58,176 nucleotides of DNA from Sphaeroforma arctica JP610 (Eukaryota). The stretch is taken from contig NW_014040272.1 of NCBI RefSeq assembly GCF_001186125.1, forward strand, positions 5,230-63,405, in the 5' to 3' direction. Below the pieces are notes generated by a model. It saw only the letters and a program-made list of their open reading frames with translations. It did not search any database and was not told the origin of the DNA. Shown piece after piece: positions 50,644 through 58,176 of this stretch. Position 1 is the first letter of the stretch; every line of letters starts with the position of its first letter. Position numbers and translations under genes: made by a program.

Positions 50644-53600
50644 TCACAACTGTTCTTCCATACTGTTGCCATTACCCATTTCCCTGTGCTTCTTGCTACC
50701 ACCGCCACTGTCGCTAGTGCTTTCGTCGCTGCTGCTGTCATTAGCACTCTCTAATTGCTCATGCTCGAAGATATCACTGAAATGATTCACCATATCCACT
50801 GTAGATAGGAAAGATGAAAAATCACATTGTATCAAGAGCTAAGAAACAAATCAGAATTATCAACCCGTAATATTTTTTTGAAAGTCAAAGAAGCGTGAAA
50901 ATACCTTCTCAACTACACACAAAGTCTATAGGATGTCCCAGAAACACGGCCTACACTTGATAAATAAACCAACATACACCAGATACAATACAAGAGTATG
51001 ACACCACAAACACTGTCCGTGATTCATGTCAACAAGGGCTTCAACGACGCTATATGGTACTCAGGTGTCGCTCACGTTTCACAAAGGTGCAACGTCGGCA
51101 CAAGCGCAGCATGTCATTGTATATAATTAAAATCAAGCTACTATCATGTAGCATGCAATGACAGTAAAACAAGATAAAACATAGTAAACACATAGTGAAA
51201 CTGACGTTACTACCAAACATGAACAAGGTTTCAACCTGCACTTTGTATTCCATAGCATATGTATCGCTAATATTTGAAAACAAATAGAGAAACTTGCCAG
51301 GAAAATATACCGAAGCAAACATTGGGACCAATCTCAACTTGGATACTTGAGCATCTACGAAGGAGACAATGGTGCCAAAGCAAGAAAACGGGGCAAGACA
51401 AGTAGCACTCAGTGGTAATAAATCCAAATAGAACAGCACAGTCAAAACATAGACGCTATTGCGCGATGGTATATAAAACCTTGAATCAAGTTTGACGCGA
51501 GCACGCATACACACCAGGAATCAAGGTTCTTATAGGTACTGTTAGTTGGACGGATATAATAACAAACATGATAGACATTAGACGGATTGGCTAAAGAGCC
51601 TCAGTTTGGGGTATATGAGGTCGAGAGAAACGTTGTACGTACAAGCATGACAATTTGGCATGGACAGGTAACAACCATATGCCATACCAATCACGATTGT
51701 GGGAATGTCAAGGGTAGTACTGAAGGCGTCAGCAAATGTCTCCCTAGACATCTTGAGTGAGTCTTTGGCAATGATCACTTGCATATGCCTGATCAAGTAT
51801 CTGAGAATGTTCATATTCACTGCTGGGAGTGACCCTAAGCAATGCTGGATCCAACGTACCCGTTCCTTGGTGTCTTCGATGTCTTCTAGTGAAGTGAATC
51901 GGTTGTTGATTTTGATATGTCAGTTGTTTAGTCGCAGACTGCCTCAGATGGTTGATACGCAACGCCTTTGCAGCGTAGTATATTTCATTATGATGAAACA
52001 TTTTAAGCAATCGACGTATCAGAACAACTTGTACGATACTCAATATGGAAGTTCCCCTGGGAATATTTTAAAAGTTTCGCTGTGAATATTTTACACACTG
52101 GCAGATTTGGCTCATCGCATTCATCGCGCACACACAATGATACGCTATGCTCGAGCCTGAGAGTGCATAAATGAGTTCTGTTCGCTGTCGGTTTCTGGAC
52201 AATCGACAAGGGATATTCGTCTATGGCCCGCAATAGCCAAACACCCATTCACGCGCACATGACGTGCACAAGGTGAATGATACTTATCCACTGTCAACCC
52301 TTGCTCAAACCTTGTTCTCTCTCACACAAGCAAACTCCGTCCATGAACCCAAGATACAACTACCACACACTCAGTGGGATATTGTATCCCCACTTACACA
52401 TGACCCCCGACGTTATCATACTCCACGTATGATCTCGATACAAACCAGGTTTTGGCAGATTGGTACATTTGAGTAGGTATGGTATTGTGTGCCAACTCTT
52501 ACCTAACACACGAACGACAAAACCACGACATACAATACAGGTGCAGAGAAAATGACATACTTGCTAAGTCTCGGAGCGCTATCAACACCGATTTAGTGCC
52601 AAGTATGTGACCAGGCAAGTCTCTAAAGTAAAGTTTAAACAGACTGGCCACATCCACGGAATCAAATCCGCTAATTTCTAGGTCCAGTACTAGCCCTGTA
52701 AGTAGTATAAAGTAAATTGTGAGTCCTTATTTAGGTCCAATACTAAGCCTGTACGTAGTATAAAGTGAATTGTGAGTCAATATCGGAAGCAAATATACAG
52801 GATGACTATCGCGAGCTACATTGCTTTTGAAAACAATGTCTATCATTGTAACTCTGGAGTTAGAAAATGAGCTCTACGCACACAATTGTTCGCATGTTCA
52901 AAACCTGGGTTATGTAGTCACTCACCTCTAGAAAACATATCTTTCAATTCAAGCACCGTCTTTGTTCTCCCAAATATTTTATAGATCCCTTCCCGTGCTG
53001 TGATATTTGATAGAATTCAGATGCGTATGATTAGTCACCCGCGGAAAGCTTTTCCCGGCACAGGCATGTATATAGTATCTGGGTATCTGTTGTCTGGAAT
53101 ATTCTGTACGTGCTTCCAGTTAGTTAGTGAACGGACGTGTAGTTCAACTAAAGCTATCATAGTGTCCTCGCGGATAAAAGCTATACGGTGACAAATGCAT
53201 ATTTAGCTGATGCATATGTAGCTGTGGCACATCTGCCCGTAAACGAACGAGCGGCAGCTACTGTACTCTCGAAGATTCAGCACAATAGGGTAACATAATC
53301 TCCATGAATGTTGGCTCAGGTAAATTATGTATATGTTTTTATCATGTCATCGAAAAACACCGCAATTCTAAATCAGCTCCTACGTGGTACTCCGCACACG
53401 AGTGTCCATATATCATTGCACCTGGATGTTACCTCAAAATCAGAGAATCCAAGCTGCTCGAAGATACCGGAAAAAACGATAAAGTCAGCCAGCACAACGC
53501 GCCTCCCGATTGTACTACACATCGTATCTTGATTGATAATACACGGTTATTTCGGACTGTCGAACTTATCTGACTGACAATACTTTTGTGAATCTAACTC

Positions 53601-56600
53601 ATACACAATTAGAGCCCCCATTGATACTTAGTGGCAGCCCATATGAAAGTTTTAGTCCAGCAGCTCAAAAGGACGATCGACTGAGAGTATTGTTTGAAGA
53701 TGCTTGTTGCTTTACATCCGTCTGATAGCCTCCCTTCTCAGGGGCACAACTTTAGAAACAGCAAATACAACTGCATCTCTATGAAGCTTTAACAGTACAA
53801 GTGGTATCCTTTATGCAACCGCACCTCATTTGAAACTCGTCATGGCCCTCTGCAAAGCTACGGTAGTAGACACGGCATAAACATTTGCATATGATTTCAA
53901 ACTCATCATAACCCCCTATGAATCTCCAGCAGTAGAAACACTATACACAAACACGTATCTTTCTAAAACACACCATGGTCCTCTATAAATCTGCAGCAGA
54001 TCGTCACAATCCTGGAAACTGCTTTGCCGTCATCGGACGCTACGGCCAGCGGAATACCGAACTTCAAATGCTGATCTTTAGGACCGGAGAATAAAACATT
54101 AACAAAAAATATGTGAGAAACCTGAAGAAGGCTGGTCTGTAGGCGCGAATGTGTCTTTAGGTATACGTGAAACAATCTAGACAATTGTTTACGTCGGCAC
54201 ATATACTAGTTTCTATTTGCTACCAAATTAACACTGAAGACAGTATTGCAACAGATTGTATGTCACTATATACCATGGTAGCCGTATACTTTATGCAAGT
54301 TTCTGCAGTTGTCATCCCAAATTAATGGGAATCTGTAGTTCACATGTATAATTAAAAAAGATAAAAACTCCAAGTGTTCGTAACATTTGAAGAGACAGAT
54401 ATTGGCCATTTATCGTGAAAGATCAAATAACTTAGTTCCCTAGCAAGTCCACAAGCAAGTTGTAAGTGTAGTTTAGTGCTGCGGGATGTGATAACTTCAA
54501 TTTCAAACATATAAGTAGAATATTGAACCCACCCGCAGTAGAATTCACAAGATACATTGTGTCTATATTGTAGCACGTGTATGGGATCAAATATACTCAA
54601 ATCCTTAAGGTTCTAATGATATAGATACCAATGCGCTATAAATATACATGTAGTTTTAGTTGTAAATATAGGCATTTTTTTAGCAGAATCGGTACACCAA
54701 AAGTGAGAAACCCCTTTTCCCACAGATTGTAATACACTATGGACTTCAGTACTGAAAAAATATTTGCAAAATCATCTAGTGGTTGTTCATTAGGTGCTTG
54801 ACGTATGTCTTGTTCGGCATACCAACAAAACAAGTTTCGTGTACATGGCGAACTAGTACAAAACACCTAGAAGGATTGAAAAATGACTTATAAGGCCTAT
54901 TTAGATAGCGTGAAGCTTCAGTCAACTTCGCTAAACAAAGTTAGTGACCGGCGGTGTATGTTGGCGACAATATATTCACATACAGGAATTTGTGTGCACG
55001 TCGTTCTTGGTCGAACATCTTCCCTTCTTCTTCTTTATAAGTGTGCCCATAAGTTGTTCTCTGAAGTCGCCGCGAGCGACCGCAAAATATCAACGGAAGG
55101 GATGGTTAGTGATCTAAAAACTCAAGCGCAACGTATCTATATTAGGAATATAGTCTACAATAGAATCGTCTTCAAAGTATTGGCTGATTGTTCCCCACTT
55201 TACTACTAGAACTTCACAATGAATGTCAACAAAGTGGACAGTGTTACTATGTACCCGGTCATTTCCCTGCTCTCCGTCATCCCGTCATTGCTTTGGGAGT
55301 TGCAGCGCTATTGATGGTTTGCCTGATGTCAGAAGTAATGAGGGAGACAATCTCGACGTGCACGTGCTAAACGGTTTTGTTTGGAATGCAAAGATGTATC
55401 ACGAGGTATCGTTCGCACGAAACAATACAACACTCGTGTACACCAAAAAGTCAAATCCATCGACTACAATTATCTGCTGAACAGACGACAGGTACCGACA
55501 TTCGAGGCTTGACTTGGATTTTAATGGGAACACATCACATAAGCTTTTGGAGTAGGTTTCAAATATATCCCTTAAACAGGAGACAATACCGGCTACTCAT
55601 ACCTCGTAGTACTGTGGTGCTTCCTGATGGCGTTGTCCTTATAGCCTTGTTCGTTGGTCGGTTGCTTCTCTTGTGCGTTACTGTTGTAGGCCTTGTTGAG
55701 AGTGATGTTGTCGTCATAAGTCTTGTCTTGTGAAGTGCTGTCTAATTGTAAAGATGTTTCGGTCTGAACTTGCACGTGCGATTCCGCGGCTTTGCCTTTC
55801 TTCTTCGGCTGTCTGAGAAGCGTGCCCTTGCTGAAGTTGCAAAGAGACGATGCGGAGTTACAAAGAGGATCTTATTACTATGATAGGTACTTGTATGACG
55901 GGTACTTATGTTGCGATCCTTCCTCGCACCAATGAATGTTGGCTATAGATAAACTTGGAAGGCTGATGACGCTGGCAAGGTCCAATACCATGCCCTCCTT
56001 CCTTTAATACCACAAAGATCCCTAGCAATGATTCATAGTGCTAAAACTGGAAAGTTGTGTCACTTGTTGAAAGTAAAGCGTTATGTGTTTCTATGGCAGG
56101 CAAAGAATGTGAGGAAGGTCGCATGTATAGTCAACTAGATTGCAATGTTTAGATTCTTTCTAGCTATCTCCAATGCCGCGTACGTTCAGGAAAGGAACAT
56201 TGAGCGATCGCTGAACACACATGCAGTCGACAAATCACTCACTGAGGAAGTCAAGTCCTTAACAAAATGAGTAGGTGATACCTATGGTCTCATAAAAGCG
56301 TGCAAAGTCTTGCAGCAGCATGCAAAACCTGTGACCATTCCGAATACGTCACACTCACTTACAAATCGGGAAGGCTTTTCTTCTGGTTCTTCAGTTTACT
56401 TCGCCAGTGTCCTTTTTTGGTGTCTTTCCCCTGAACGGCACGCATTATACTTCTTTGTCTGAGCGATAAGTCAGATGCGTGGTAGTATTAGAATGGTGGT
56501 GTTAACCCCTTATGAATTGAATTAGATACTCTGACAGAAATAAGAATGTATATCCATAGATATGTACAACCGTCGAACTAATAGCAGATCCGCGATGGAG

Positions 56601-57460
56601 GGAACACATTTGAAACTTATTTTTGTTGGGCACATTCTCGTTACCACAATACAAGTAGGGTAAGGCCGAAGTTCTCTAAAAAGAGACGAGCTTGAATTAG
56701 TTATCCAACGGATATGTGTTGGGCTGAAGCTGAAAGAACTTCTATACTACCCTTATTCAAACCCCCATGGAGAACAAGAAGAATACAGTTTCATTATTTG
56801 GCTTTTGTCGGCTAATCAGATTCGGCATTAGAACATCATAGACTGTAGAATAAAAGCAAGCAAAATCAATTCACGTGCACACCTTAATACAAACACGCCA
56901 TGACCGTCAGATAAAGCGCCGTGCTCTTTGGCTCGCACCACCCCAGGTTGGCATGTAGCGCTCCTCTACCATATAGAGAGATGTCACAAATAGGGGATAT
57001 CCATCAGAAATGTTTTTACGCGTGTAATGACATATATACGCAGCGATGCTTTGATGTTGTGGTTGTACCTTAATCGAGGTGCGAAATAGAACTTTGGTAT
57101 TACCTAATGCCGAGATGCGAAAGCACGATTGCGTGTTTTGTATGCTAAACCTATCCGCCCACTTCATAGTAACAAACAATAGGTTTGCTATCCAGAGTGC
57201 ACGTAGGAAGGTCTCACCGTTGTTGTACCAGCCCAAGGCATATACAGAACAGCCATACTACAAAGGAAAGGGAGGCACATACCGCCTTCGGTCATGAAGC
57301 ACAGCTTGAACTCATCACCCTCGCTATCCCCGTACATTTTCTTTGCCACGGCTATGATCATCTTCGAGAATGTGGTCAGGTCTATATCCAGTGTGAACTT
57401 TCTACTCCGCAATTCGTGCTCTTCTTTTGAATCGCCCAATAGCACCGTGGCTTTCGCTCT
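50644..57460 (-). CDS. RhoGAP-domain protein with degenerate catalytic residues; 5' end unresolved
   Basis: Exons ~57460-57283, ~56430-56363, ~55830-55603, ~55060-54985, ~54075-53974, 52998-52926, 52696-52560, ~51884-51687 and ~50799-50644. Motifs: FGIPL..IVTICCRFIEDH, EGIYKIFG..VLELKDMF, DVASLFKLYFRDLP, LPAVNMNILRYLIRHM..KM. The junction between the first two listed exons was not resolved. Confidence 0.8.
52679..52778. repeat. 53-bp tandem duplication spanning a RhoGAP splice acceptor
   Basis: taggtccagtactagccctgtaagtagtataaagtaaattgtgagtc (52679) and taggtccaatactaagcctgtacgtagtataaagtgaattgtgagtc (52732). Confidence 0.9.
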
Positions 57461-58176
57461 CTATAGTGAGTATCACAATGGGTTTACTACAGCGCAAACA
57501 AACATCTGCTAACAAGTTTAAATGCCGACACGTATATGTTTACGTCTCAATAAAATGAATCGCCTTCGTAAAATGAACAGATGATTCTTACAACATTCCA
57601 AAAATCCACGTCATGCATGTGCATACGCCGATGGCGCGACGGTGCTCATCTTGTGCTAAATGCGTATATTCTCAATCACAGACTTGCATTGATTCTGGTT
57701 TCGCGAACAAAGTATCGAATGTCCCCTTTTAATGTTGTCCTTAATGAGAGTGCTTTGAAAACGCTTCGAATCTTCTGTATATGTTCTATTCATAATGTAT
57801 AGCAATTCGATAGAAATAAGATTTCGACACTTGCAAACATCATACATTCACCTAATGCTATAACCTCAATCATACATTCACTAATTCGGATGTGTATCTC
57901 TATAATAGAGTTGATATAAATCAGTAGGTAGAAAATAAGCGGCAGAAGTAAATAGTATCAGCGGACGCGACCAAGGCCGCCCACGCAATGGGCAACGAAT
58001 TAAACAGATCGAAACTAATTCTCATTGAGGTACTATGTACAATGGTGACAAGCAACTGTATCCACCAAGAAACAAAATATTTCGTATACAACTGAGCAAG
58101 TTAGGGCATAGTTCTACCACATCGGAAGTAGATGATAAACCAAATGATAGGTTGAGGTTGTCGTGTGTACTCACTA

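Overview
Intron-rich eukaryotic DNA with GT-AG introns, long (TA)n/(CA)n microsatellites and two N gaps. The gene content and intron style suggest a unicellular opisthokont, possibly an ichthyosporean; this is inference only. Manual exon stitching with phase checks supports seven genes: (1) the 3' part of a PH-domain protein (+); (2) a 12-exon SPX protein (-) with an XPR1/Syg1-like linker but an unrecognised, non-EXS-looking membrane domain; (3) an 11-exon F-box protein (+) with a plant At4g00755-type middle domain fused to a clathrin heavy-chain linker-like domain; (4) a USP10/Ubp3 deubiquitinase (-) with FGDF and PAM2 motifs and a ~1000-aa Q/H-rich disordered region; (5) a probable mitochondrial PPR protein (-) with a frameshift at a G homopolymer; (6) a bacterial-type TRIC/UPF0126 (YadS-like) membrane protein (+) with introns and an RVxF-bearing tail; (7) a RhoGAP-domain protein (-) whose arginine finger reads as lysine. 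A pogo/Tigger-like transposon remnant, a MITE-like element and several tandem duplications are also present. The strongest novelty candidates are the F-box/clathrin-linker fusion and the SPX protein with its unrecognised membrane domain. All family calls rest on recalled motifs, not on searches.
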